Virus record (IMG/VR): IMGVR_UViG_2882837327_000005
Location: 1-64,000 of that record
Source of the DNA: a virus
Lineage: Duplodnaviria > Caudoviricetes
Direction: 5' to 3' (one strand)
DNA: 64,000 bases
Shown here: in pieces, positions 36,586-46,200 of the stretch
How the letters are laid out: every line of letters begins with the position of its first letter
How positions within the stretch are numbered: the first letter of the stretch is position 1
The notes under the pieces: model-generated
The model's database searches: none
Seen by the model: only the letters and a program-made list of their open reading frames with translations
What the model was told of the DNA's origin: nothing
Position numbers and translations under genes: made by a program

Positions 36586-36772
36586 ATCTCATTTCGCGGT
36601 CTGATTTCCTCTAGACCGCGTGCTGATACTCTGAAATGCCCTAGGTAGCAGATGGCTCCTGGGGCATTTTCGCATCCGGTGTCGTGGCCCTTGCGGCCAG
36701 CTTACGTCCCGTATTCCACGCCTAGGGACGAGGCGGCGTTGGCCCCCCGAGGGGGCTCGAGCGTCATCGGAA

Positions 36773-38278
36773 ATGAATCCCAATCAGATCTCCGCAGAAG
36801 CGATGGACGCTCTGCGCGAAGCCCTGTCCAAGGCGGCCACGGGCGACAACCTGCAGAAGACCTTCGTCCAGAGCGGCAACCAGCTCACGGGCCTGACGGC
36901 CTTCAGCCTGGAAGCCCCGGCGAAGCTGTTCTACCCGAAGCTGACCCCCATCCGGAACCGCCTGCCGCGCGTCGGCGGCGGCACCGGCATCCAGGCGAAC
37001 TGGCGTGCCATCACCGGGGTCAACACCGGCCGTGCCTCCATCGGCGTGTCCGAAGGCAACCGCGGTCAGATCCAGGCCGTGTCGGTCAAGGAGTACATGG
37101 CCTCCTTCCGCACGCTGGGCATCGACAGCTACGTGACGGCCGAGGCGCAGCGCGCCGCCAACGGGTTCGATGACCCCGAGGCCCGCGCGGTGCAGTCCAA
37201 CCTGAATGCCCTGATGATCGGCGAGGAGCGCGTGCTGCTCGGCGGCCTGGGCACCTGGGGCCTGGGTCAGCCGGTCGGTCTGGCGATCGCGCAGACGACG
37301 GGCGGCAACATCGCCAACACCACGGTCGTCAATGTGCGCGTCTGCGCGCTTACCCTCGAGGGCTACAACCGCGCCAAGGCGGGTGAAGTCGTGGCGCTGC
37401 TGACCCGCACCACGGGCAATGGCGCGACCGACACCTTCGGCGGCGGCTTCTCGATGGCCTCGGCCGCGGTGAACCTGACCGCCAGCGCGGGCAGCACGCT
37501 GGTCAGCGCCAGCTGCACGCCCGTGAAGGGCGCCGTGGCCTACGCCTGGTTCATGGGCGCCAACGCCTCGACCATGTACCTCATGGACGTGACGACCAAC
37601 AGCGCGACGAAGCTGCTGAACTTCCCGGCCGGCACCGAGCCCGCCCTGCCCGCGGACCTGCTGACCAACGACCGCAGCCAGAACCAGCTGGTCCACGACG
37701 GCTACTTCGGCCTGGTGGCGGCGAGCGGCAGCGGTGCCTACTGGTACACGATGCCGAACGGCGCCGGCGGCCTGGGCACGCCTCTGACCTCCGATGGTGC
37801 CGGTGGCATCAAGGAGATCGACGCGGTGCTGCTGTGGTACTGGAACACGCATCGCATGAGCCCCACGCGCATGCTGGTGAGTGGCCGGGAGCTGAACAGC
37901 TTCCGTACCCTGGGCCTGCTGGGCACCAGTTCCAGCACGCAGCGCTTCACCTGGAACAGCGACCAGCGCGGGGTCCTGCTGAGCGCCAAGGTGCGCGGCT
38001 ACACGAATCCGTTCGCCATGGGCGGGTCCGAGGAGGTCGCGATCGAGCTGCACCCGGACGTGCCCCCGGGCACCATCCTGTTCGAGACGGACAGTCTTCC
38101 GTATGAACTGCCGGGCGTCGATCAGTTGAATCGCGTCCTGTGCCGCGCGGACTACCACCAGATCGTGTATCCGCAGATTACGCGCCGGAAAGATTTCGGC
38201 GTGTACACGGATCAGGTTCTGCAGTGCTACTTCCCGCCTGCGCAGGCCGTGCTGACCAACATCGGCGCGCCCACCTAA
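36773..38278 (+). CDS. Major capsid protein
   Basis: Position, strong codon bias, PKLTPIRNRLPRV, EERVLLGG; downstream terminator. Confidence 0.85.
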   Translation: MNPNQISAEAMDALREALSKAATGDNLQKTFVQSGNQLTGLTAFSLEAPAKLFYPKLTPIRNRLPRVGGGTGIQANWRAITGVNTGRASIGVSEGNRGQIQAVSVKEYMASFRTLGIDSYVTAEAQRAANGFDDPEARAVQSNLNALMIGEERVLLGGLGTWGLGQPVGLAIAQTTGGNIANTTVVNVRVCALTLEGYNRAKAGEVVALLTRTTGNGATDTFGGGFSMASAAVNLTASAGSTLVSASCTPVKGAVAYAWFMGANASTMYLMDVTTNSATKLLNFPAGTEPALPADLLTNDRSQNQLVHDGYFGLVAASGSGAYWYTMPNGAGGLGTPLTSDGAGGIKEIDAVLLWYWNTHRMSPTRMLVSGRELNSFRTLGLLGTSSSTQRFTWNSDQRGVLLSAKVRGYTNPFAMGGSEEVAIELHPDVPPGTILFETDSLPYELPGVDQLNRVLCRADYHQIVYPQITRRKDFGVYTDQVLQCYFPPAQAVLTNIGAPT

Positions 38279-38294
38279 TATTTCGTGGCGACTT

Positions 38295-38323
38295 GAGGCT
38301 CCCAGCCTAGCTGGGGGCCTTTT
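38295..38323 (+). terminator. Intrinsic terminator after the capsid gene
   Basis: AGGCTCCCAGC-CTA-GCTGGGGGCCT-TTT. Confidence 0.75.
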
Positions 38324-38355
38324 GTCGTTCAAGCCCCAGGACAGGGATCGTCCCA

Positions 38356-38811
38356 ATGCCGAAATTCATCACCAAGCCGCCCATCCGCCAGTTCGCCTGC
38401 GATCACGGCCAGATCGAGGTCGGGGAAGATGGCGCGTTCGAGTTCGAGGCCGGCTCCAACATCCACGCCGCGCTCCTGGGCGCCGGCTACCAGACCATCG
38501 AGCTTGCTGAGGGCATGACCGCACAGGTGGAGGACAGCCTCCCGCCCGTCGCGCTCGCCAGGATCAAGGCCCTGGAGGCAGAGGTCGTCACCTTCAAGGA
38601 GTTCGCCCGCCTCGCGGGTGAACGTGCTGATGCGGCCGAGGCTGTGGCCTTGGCGCTCCGCACCGCCGATGCTGAGCGCCAGGCCAAGGAGGCGACCGAA
38701 CAACCGCCGCCGGCCCCGCCGCCCGCGCCGTCGGAGGAGCCCGCCAAGGAGCCGCCGGCCACCGAGCAGACGGACGGCAGCAAGCAGACCAAGCAGCCGG
38801 CGAAGCGGTAA
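38356..38811 (+). CDS. Hypothetical head/neck protein
   Basis: Position; coiled coil and Pro-rich tail. Confidence 0.65.
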   Translation: MPKFITKPPIRQFACDHGQIEVGEDGAFEFEAGSNIHAALLGAGYQTIELAEGMTAQVEDSLPPVALARIKALEAEVVTFKEFARLAGERADAAEAVALALRTADAERQAKEATEQPPPAPPPAPSEEPAKEPPATEQTDGSKQTKQPAKR

Positions 38812-38814
38812 CCC

Positions 38815-39357
38815 GTGCCCCTCGCGCCCTACGCCACGCTGCAGCAGCTTCAGGACTTCCTGAGTGAGGTATCGCCTGACGCCAGCCGTCAGGCCGATCT
38901 GTATGCCGCGCTGCTGCGCGCCAGTAGCGCCGTCGAGGATTTCTGCTGCCGGGACTTCGCGCCCGGCCAGCGCACCGAAAGCAAGTGGGCTGCGGCGCCG
39001 ATCATGACGCCGCGTGCCACACCCGTGGCGAGCATCATCTCGGCGACCCAGGACGGCGCGCCGATCGAGCTGGTGAAACGCATGGGTGGCTCAGTGCTGG
39101 CTCGAAAGGATGGCCTGCCGTTCTCCGGTGAGGTCGAGGTGACCTACACCACCGAAGCTCCGGTGCCGAACAGCGTGCAGATGGCCACGCTGCTGACCGC
39201 CCAGGCCATGGCAGACGCGCCCGCCTACGACCAGAACGCGGGCGGCACCCAGTCCGCGGGCCTGTACAGCTTCAGCGCGCATGCGGGCGGTGCGGGATCT
39301 CTGCCTCCGGCCGCCAGGGCCCTGCTGGAGCCGCTGCGCGCGGTCTTCCTGGTATGA
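38815..39357 (+). CDS. Head-tail adaptor
   Basis: YATLQQL..ASSAVEDFC.R..VPNSVQMAT..LPPAARALLEP. Confidence 0.8.
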   Translation: MPLAPYATLQQLQDFLSEVSPDASRQADLYAALLRASSAVEDFCCRDFAPGQRTESKWAAAPIMTPRATPVASIISATQDGAPIELVKRMGGSVLARKDGLPFSGEVEVTYTTEAPVPNSVQMATLLTAQAMADAPAYDQNAGGTQSAGLYSFSAHAGGAGSLPPAARALLEPLRAVFLV

Positions 39358-39980
39358 ACCCCCAGGTTCGAATGGCGCGGCGCATGCTGCGACTTCAGCT
39401 GGCGCGCCGCGGCATCCCGGTGCTGATCCGCACCGTGACGCAGTCAGGCGGCGGCATGGACCAGCTGCGGCACCCGCCGGCGGTGGATGGCGCCGTCGTC
39501 GACGGTGCCCACGCCCAGGGCGCGACGACGCTGCGCCTGCGCGCGGCGCGGCTGGATGGTCGCTTCCTGACCGGGGACGAAATCTGGGTGGGCGGCACGC
39601 TGCCCTGGCCCCGCGTCAGCGCGGAGACCCCCATCGAGATCAACGGCCAAGTGGAGCTGCCGCTGAGCGTGCCACTGGCGGGCCCGCTGGCGAACGGTGA
39701 GACGGTCGTGGGCTTCGGCTTCACCAGCGACCGCCGCACCAAAGGCAATGTCGAAAGCTACCCCCTCCGCCTCATCGATGGGGAGATGATCCTGGCCAGC
39801 GATCGCCAGGTGCTGGTGGCAGCCGAGGACTGCCCCAAGCCTCCCGCCCCACAGGACCAGATCTTTTTCACTGAGGATGCGGCGGCCGGGCAGATGGACG
39901 GCGTCATCGTCGCCGTGCGCACCAGCGCTGAGTTCGGCTTTGCCATCGGCTACATCATCCAGGCACGGCGGGCAGGCTGA
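39354..39980 (+). CDS. Head closure/stopper protein with inserted beta domain
   Basis: Position; IDGEMILASDRQV..IIQAR C-terminus. Confidence 0.65.
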   Translation: MNPQVRMARRMLRLQLARRGIPVLIRTVTQSGGGMDQLRHPPAVDGAVVDGAHAQGATTLRLRAARLDGRFLTGDEIWVGGTLPWPRVSAETPIEINGQVELPLSVPLAGPLANGETVVGFGFTSDRRTKGNVESYPLRLIDGEMILASDRQVLVAAEDCPKPPAPQDQIFFTEDAAAGQMDGVIVAVRTSAEFGFAIGYIIQARRAG

Positions 39981-40477
39981 TGGCGGACGACTTCGCCGTC
40001 TCTGTCGGTGCCTTCGTGGCCAAGGCCAAGGAGCGCGGCCGCGTCGCTTTCGTGATGATCGGGCTCGAGGGCCTCAGCCGGGTGCAGGAGCTGACACCGG
40101 TGGACACTGGCTGGCTGCGCGCCAACTGGCAGATCCAGCGCGACGGCGAGGAAATGCCGGCCATCCGCGAGGCCCTGCCGGCCGACGGCGAGAAGGCCAC
40201 CAAAATGCTCGAGCGCCTGGCGCAGGAGAAAGCCCAGGGCGCTGGCCCGGCCGGGCAGCAGACCCTCGCCGTGCAGGATGCCCAGCTGGGCGAGACGTTG
40301 CGCATCGTGAACCCGGTCATCTACGCGCGCCCGGTCGAATACGGCCGCGAGATCGAACGCCAGGACGGCAACACCACCAGCGTCAGCGGCGCCGGCATGG
40401 TGGCCCAGACCGTGGCCGAAATTCCTGCCATCGCCGAGGCGGTCGTGACCGCCATCACCACCGGACAGCGGACATGA
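39980..40477 (+). CDS. Neck/tail completion protein (HK97 gp10-like)
   Basis: TPVDTGWLRANW, NPVIYARPVEYG, GMV. Confidence 0.85.
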   Translation: MADDFAVSVGAFVAKAKERGRVAFVMIGLEGLSRVQELTPVDTGWLRANWQIQRDGEEMPAIREALPADGEKATKMLERLAQEKAQGAGPAGQQTLAVQDAQLGETLRIVNPVIYARPVEYGREIERQDGNTTSVSGAGMVAQTVAEIPAIAEAVVTAITTGQRT

Positions 40478-40893
40478 GCGATACCCTGCTGCGCATCCAG
40501 CGCGCCTTCGAGAACCGCGTGAAGCTGCTGGCTAATGAGCCGCTGGTGCAGTGGGAAGGCATGGCATTCGAGCCTCGCACGGGCAAGCCGTGGATCTCCA
40601 CCAGGATGACGGGCCGCGACGTCTCGCCCATGGGCAGCTTCCAGGTCACGCCGCACCTCTGGCGCGGCAGCTACACCATCCTGGTCAAGCACCCGGCCGA
40701 TGAGGGCCTGCGCCCCGCCTATTCTCGGGCACTGGCCATCCGCGACTTCTTCCCGCGTGGCAGCCCGGACATCGCGGACGGCCCGGTGAAGATCACCATC
40801 ACCAATGTCGGGCTGCCGCCTGACTTCGTCACCGCCGGCTGGCGCACTCAGCCCGTGGCCATCAGCTGGTTTTACGAGGAGCCGCCGCAGTGA
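40474..40893 (+). CDS. Tail terminator-like protein (DUF4128-like)
   Basis: VQWEGMAFEP..A..IRDFFPRG..W..PVAISW. Confidence 0.7.
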   Translation: MSDTLLRIQRAFENRVKLLANEPLVQWEGMAFEPRTGKPWISTRMTGRDVSPMGSFQVTPHLWRGSYTILVKHPADEGLRPAYSRALAIRDFFPRGSPDIADGPVKITITNVGLPPDFVTAGWRTQPVAISWFYEEPPQ

Positions 40894-41189
40894 TCGTCAT
40901 GATCAAGAGCTATTTCCGTGAGGGTCGCTGGAGCTTCTACGAGGGCGAGACCTTCCACGCCGAGGCGATGTGCGACGAACGTGGCATCGCCATGGACGAC
41001 TTCCAGAAGCACGTCGCTCTGGGCGAGGTGGAGGTCACCGAGGACAACGATCCGGCGGCCGACCCGCTGGCCGACGACGTGCTGCTGGCCGTGGCCGGCG
41101 CGGCGATCCCTGGCGTCGCGCCCGAGCGCGATGAAGGCGCCGAACAGCCCCTTGCCGAGGATGCCCCTCCTTCGACCATGACGGAGTGA
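40890..41189 (+). CDS. Small acidic protein
   Basis: GTGA coupling. Confidence 0.6.
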   Translation: MIVMIKSYFREGRWSFYEGETFHAEAMCDERGIAMDDFQKHVALGEVEVTEDNDPAADPLADDVLLAVAGAAIPGVAPERDEGAEQPLAEDAPPSTMTE

Positions 41190-41218
41190 GTGGGGCCGCT
41201 TAGCCATAGGAGATAGGC

Positions 41219-42439
41219 ATGTCGGGCAGTCTGGGTCGCGGTCTGAACCGCCGGATCAGCATCGGTCGCCAGACCGCTCTCAAGACGCGGGCGGCCACCA
41301 ATGCGGGCGCGATCCTGCGCCGGATCTCGGCCGAGCCGAACTTCAATATCGACAATTTCACTTCGCCGGAGCTGCTGCTCAGCCAGCAGGTGCGTGAGAC
41401 GCGCAACGGCCCTGGCCGCGGTTCCTTCGCCTATTCCAGCACGCTCGCGCCCGGCGCGCAGACGCCCTTCTTCGAGGGCATCCTGCGCAGGCAATTCGCC
41501 GTGTCGGGCAGCACGACCGCGAACACCGGCGTCACGGCCGCTGCTGGGCCTCCGGGCACCTTCACGCGCGCGGCGGGCTCCTGGATCACCGACGGCTTCC
41601 GCATCGGCATGGTGGTGCGCTTCTCGGGCTTCACCACCACGGCCACGGCGAACAACGCCAGGAACTACCGGATCATCGGCCTCACCGCCACGGTGATGAC
41701 CGTCGCCGGCACGGGGAACGAGACCGTCGCGTCCAAGGCGGCGGGCGACAGCGTGACGGTGGTCGCGGTCGGCAAGAGCACCTTCATCCCGGCCAGCGGT
41801 CAGGTGGTGCCCTACTACACGATCGAGGACTATCAGTCGGATCTCGCGACCCCGACCGTGAAGGTCTACGAGGACGGCGTCGTGCAGACGGTGGGCATCA
41901 ACATGCCCGCCACCGGCATGACCCAGTTCAGCGCGCAGATGCTGACCCGGGAGAAGAAGGACGAGGGGCCGAGCCCCTACTTCACCTCGCCCACGGCCGC
42001 CAGCACCGTCGCCAGCGTGGCCGGCAACACCGGCACCGTGCGCCTCAACGGCGCCGATATCGCCATCATCACCTCGCTGAATTTCCAGATTCAGGCCCAG
42101 ACGGGTGGCGATCCGGTCGTGGGGGACAACCGCCTGCCTGACATCTTCAGCGGCCCCGTGAGCGTGCAGGGTTCCGGATCCATGTACCTGCAGAGCGACG
42201 CCCTGGTCGGCATGCAGGCCAATGAGCTGGAGTTCGAGCTGGCGCTCTACCTGAAGAGCGATCCCAGCGTGAACTCGCACTTCATGGCTTTCGTCATGCC
42301 GCGCTGTCGCATCACCGGCCTGCAGCAGTCGGATGGCCCGATGCAGCTGATGCAGAGCTTCCGCTTCCAGGCGCTCGAGCAGCTCACCGCCGGCGCCTAC
42401 GAGGCCACCACCATCCTGGTCCAGGACAGCTCGCTGTAA
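41219..42439 (+). CDS. Major tail tube protein with inserted domain
   Basis: Position; Thr/Gly-rich beta protein; YTIE, GSMYL, FVMPR. Confidence 0.8.
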   Translation: MSGSLGRGLNRRISIGRQTALKTRAATNAGAILRRISAEPNFNIDNFTSPELLLSQQVRETRNGPGRGSFAYSSTLAPGAQTPFFEGILRRQFAVSGSTTANTGVTAAAGPPGTFTRAAGSWITDGFRIGMVVRFSGFTTTATANNARNYRIIGLTATVMTVAGTGNETVASKAAGDSVTVVAVGKSTFIPASGQVVPYYTIEDYQSDLATPTVKVYEDGVVQTVGINMPATGMTQFSAQMLTREKKDEGPSPYFTSPTAASTVASVAGNTGTVRLNGADIAIITSLNFQIQAQTGGDPVVGDNRLPDIFSGPVSVQGSGSMYLQSDALVGMQANELEFELALYLKSDPSVNSHFMAFVMPRCRITGLQQSDGPMQLMQSFRFQALEQLTAGAYEATTILVQDSSL

Positions 42440-42482
42440 GGCGAGCTTCCCCCCTTCCCCTGCCCCTACCCCGAGGTTCCTC

Positions 42483-42896
42483 ATGTTCGACCTGAACAAG
42501 CTCGACACCCTGACCGCGTCCGAAGAGGGCCGCTGGTGGCACCCCATCAACCCGAAGACCGGCGCCCAGATGAAGCTGCCCGACGGCCAGACCTTCGGCT
42601 TCCTGCTGGTCGGCGCCGCCGCCGACATCTTCCGGGATTCCGTGCGCCGCGCCACCGAGGCACGCCTGCTCATCGAGCAGTCCAATGCCCGCGTGAGCAC
42701 GGAGCAGGAAGACAAACTGATGGCCGAGCATATGGCGCGCTGCACCAAGGCTTGGCCGCCGATGATGGTGGACGGGGTGGAGTTCCCCTGCACCTACGAC
42801 AACGCGGTGAAGCTCTGGAGCGACCCCCGCTTCGCGTGGCTGCGGCCGGGCGCGCGCGCCTTCATGCAGAGCGATGCCCATTTTTTTCCCGAGTAA
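42483..42896 (+). CDS. Tail assembly chaperone G
   Basis: Between tube and tape measure; ends in a slippery site. Confidence 0.85.
   Translation: MFDLNKLDTLTASEEGRWWHPINPKTGAQMKLPDGQTFGFLLVGAAADIFRDSVRRATEARLLIEQSNARVSTEQEDKLMAEHMARCTKAWPPMMVDGVEFPCTYDNAVKLWSDPRFAWLRPGARAFMQSDAHFFPE
42881..42887 (+). other. -1 programmed frameshift site (T TTT TTT) giving the GT fusion to 43243
   Basis: CAT TTT TTT CCC GAG TAA; the -1 frame stays open to 43243 and lacks its own RBS/start. Confidence 0.85.
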
Positions 42897-43243
42897 CATC
42901 GGCCGCGCGCCACTGGGGTGAGCGGGCCTTCAAGCTCGAAGCGCCCCAGAAGGCCGGCGGCACCCTGCGCGACCACCTGCTGGCCGCGCAGCGCTCCGGC
43001 GCGGCCGTGCCAGAGCTGGATCTGCCGCCGCCGCCGCCCGAGCTGCATTTCGCGCTCCCTGCATTCCGTGACCTCTGCAACCGGCGCCCCTTCTCCCAGG
43101 GCGTGCCGTTGCCGCTGCCTGCCACCGAGATTCTGGCGTGGAGCCAGCTGACCGGCCAGCGGATGACGCAGCGCGACTTCACACTGGTCACGGTCCTTGA
43201 CCATGCATGGCTGAAGGCCATTCGCTCCGAGGAGCCGCACTGA
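42888..43243 (+). CDS. Tail chaperone T portion (via frameshift)
   Basis: TLRDHL..FRDLCNRR..LPATEILAWSQLTG..LDHAWL. Confidence 0.8.
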
Positions 43244-46200
43244 TGCAGGACATTGCCGCGCTCGCCTTTGCGATCGACAGCTCCCAGGCCGTCACGGCGA
43301 CCCAGGAGCTGGACAAGCTCACCCGGGGCGCCGGCAGCACCCAGGCCGCCTTCCGGCAGATGGCCGAGACCAGCAACGACAGCAGCAAGGCTCTCCGGGA
43401 TCTCGCCAGCCAGGCGCATCTGACCGACAGCATGCTACGCCAGGCGGGCACGGGCCTGGATGCTCTCATCAACCGGATCCAGACGCTCTCCCGCGAGGTC
43501 GGCACCTTCCGCACCACCACCACGGAGCTGACCACCGCCCTGGGCCAGCTGCGCGCCGCGGGCGACCTGTTCGGCACCACGGCCTCGGGCATCGATGAGT
43601 TCGTGCGGGCCAGCCGCCAAATCGGGCTCAACTCCTACGAGACCGTGTCCAGCCTGCAGCGCATCACCCAGGCGCTGGAAGGCACCTCGGTGGCTGGCGA
43701 GCGCGCGCGGCGCGTCCTGCGCGAGTACGGGGTCAATGTGGACGGCCGTTCCCCTGATGACGGAGCGGCGGTGCTGCGCGAATTCGTCCAGGCGATGCGC
43801 GGCCGGCGCGCGGACGGGCTTCGGAATGACGAGGTGTTCGCTGTCCTGGGCCCGCAGAGCATCTCGAGCCTGGCCGCCCTGAACAACGACGCCTATGTCA
43901 CCTCAGAGCAGCGCGCCCGGCGCGCCCAGGAGGGCGTCATCAGCCCGCTGACCCTTCGGGTGCGGGGATCGATCTCCGAGCGGGACGCCACCCTCCGCAA
44001 CCAGATCGCGGAGCGCGAAGACCTCGAGCGCAACTACGGCGACTTCTGGGAGGATGCGGTCCCGAACTGGCTGGGTGGTGGCGCGGAGCGGCCCTCCGTG
44101 CTGCGCCAGCGCCGCGCATCGGGCCAGACCTCCAACGGCGATGCCTTCCGTATGGAAGTTCAGCCGGATGGTACCGTGCGCTGGCGGCAGGGCAGCTGGG
44201 GCCAGGCATTCCGCGGCGCGGTGCGCAACCAGCTGGGCCTCGGGTCCCAGGTGCGCGGCCCCGACCAGCTGAACGAGGAGATGGAGGCCTACCGGAACAG
44301 CGACCTCTATGGCGCGGCCCAGTCCGACATCCTGCTGCGCTTCCAGCAGGAGGATGAGGCCAGGCGGGACACCGGATGGCTCAACCGGAACTTCAACTTC
44401 GGGGCCGAGGGCCGCTACTACTGGAACCGCTTCCAGGCTTATCGGGGGCAGTACGCGCCGCGGACCGACATGCGCCGGAACCCAGATCTCCAGCGCACGG
44501 TTAACTGGGATCTCGACAGCGACACCCTGATCGCCCAGGGCGCCATGACCGATGTGCAGCAGCAACTGCAGCGCATGATGATCCCGGCCCTCCAGGGCTT
44601 CGGCAACATCGACGTCGCGGGCATGGAGCGCATGTCGCCCAGCGCGATCATGGACCGCCTGCGCAGCCGGGATCAGGGGTGGGCCAGTGAAGCCCTGCAG
44701 CGCCGGATCGACGCCCTCAACAGCAACGCCTTTCAGCGCGACGGCCGCGGCTACGACGACCGGGATATGACCCGCCGCGTGACAGCCGGCGCCGGCAGCC
44801 GGAGCGACCTCTTCGGCCTGGACCCTGCTCGCCTGGGCATCCAGGGCACAGAGGTGCTCACCGACCAGGAGGCGCAGCAAAAAGCCCAGCTCATCGCCCA
44901 GGCCGTGCTGCGCATCCGGCAGCAGTACACTGGTCTGGAGGACCAAGCACGGGCGCTACAAGCGGCAGCCGATGACATCGATCGTGATCAGAGGGCGCGC
45001 ACCGAGCAGCGGCAGGCCCAGGCCACACGCAATCTGCGTTTTACGGAAGATCAGCGGTCACGGCTTATCGACGTGAACCCGCAGAATCGCCTCTCGAACA
45101 TCTACGAGAGCACCCGGGACCGGGTGATGAATGACACACGGGATCCGGTTCTGGCCAACACCGAGGCGCTGCGTGCACTGACCTCGGCCGTGACCGATCT
45201 CGAGCGTGCCACCAATGAGGCTTTGCGCAACTCCGCTCTGGGTGTCGTGCGAGCCACGAATGCCTCTAACATGCTTCTGACCGATGCGCCGTATGTGCGG
45301 CAGCTGGGCCTCAGCATCGAGCAGGCGCAAGCATTCCAAGCCGACGCGCGCCAGCGTTTGAACATCTACGCCCCCGGCGCGCCTGTACCTGGAGTTCTTC
45401 CGGCGGCCGGCGCCACAGATGCACTCGGTGACTCAGCCACACGCTACAATGCTATGCCGGGTCGGCCGGCCCTGGGCAGCAGCTATCCCAGGCGGCCAGA
45501 AGATGCTGGACCTTACGTGTGGGATCCCGAGAGGGGCCGCATGGTAAGTAACCCGTGGCATGCACTGCGTGGGGCCTTGCCGCCTGCCACGGGCCGAATG
45601 GCCGACTTCGGTACCCAAGCTCGGCCGAGTGTAGGGCCACCGCTGCCAACTGCGCCGGGGATGCTCCCGGAAATCAACGTTACCGCCCAAGCAATTGTGC
45701 GCCCTGGGGAAGCCGATCCCCGTGGTGATGTGCGGCAGGCTGCGATTGGTGGCTTCATCGACCCCACCCAGCAAGGCCTCGCATGGCTTTACGGGCGTCA
45801 GTATGGTGCTCGCGCGATGGACTTCAGCGCACGGTCCCAGGCTGAGCGGCTGTCCCAGAACAGCTTGGAAGGCAGCTTTGACAGTTTCCTGAGGGACGCA
45901 TCGAGCAGCGAACGCCGTGGCATCATGCAACAGTTCGATCGAACCTTGCTGGACGCCATTCGTGCCTACCGTGAGCAGACTGAGGCACTAACTGCGGCAA
46001 CTCCCTTGGAGCGCGAGCTCATTCAAGCACGGCAAAGGCAGCTTCGGGAGGAGACGCAGCTGCGTGGCGCGATGCAGGGCGCGAGTCTGGAAGAACAGCG
46101 CGCGCTTCGCGCTCGACTGGCAGTGCTGGGCATTGGCAGCGCAGAGGGAGGCGGCCTGTACGAGCGCCAGGCCCAATCACGGTCCCAATTTCAGCTGCGC

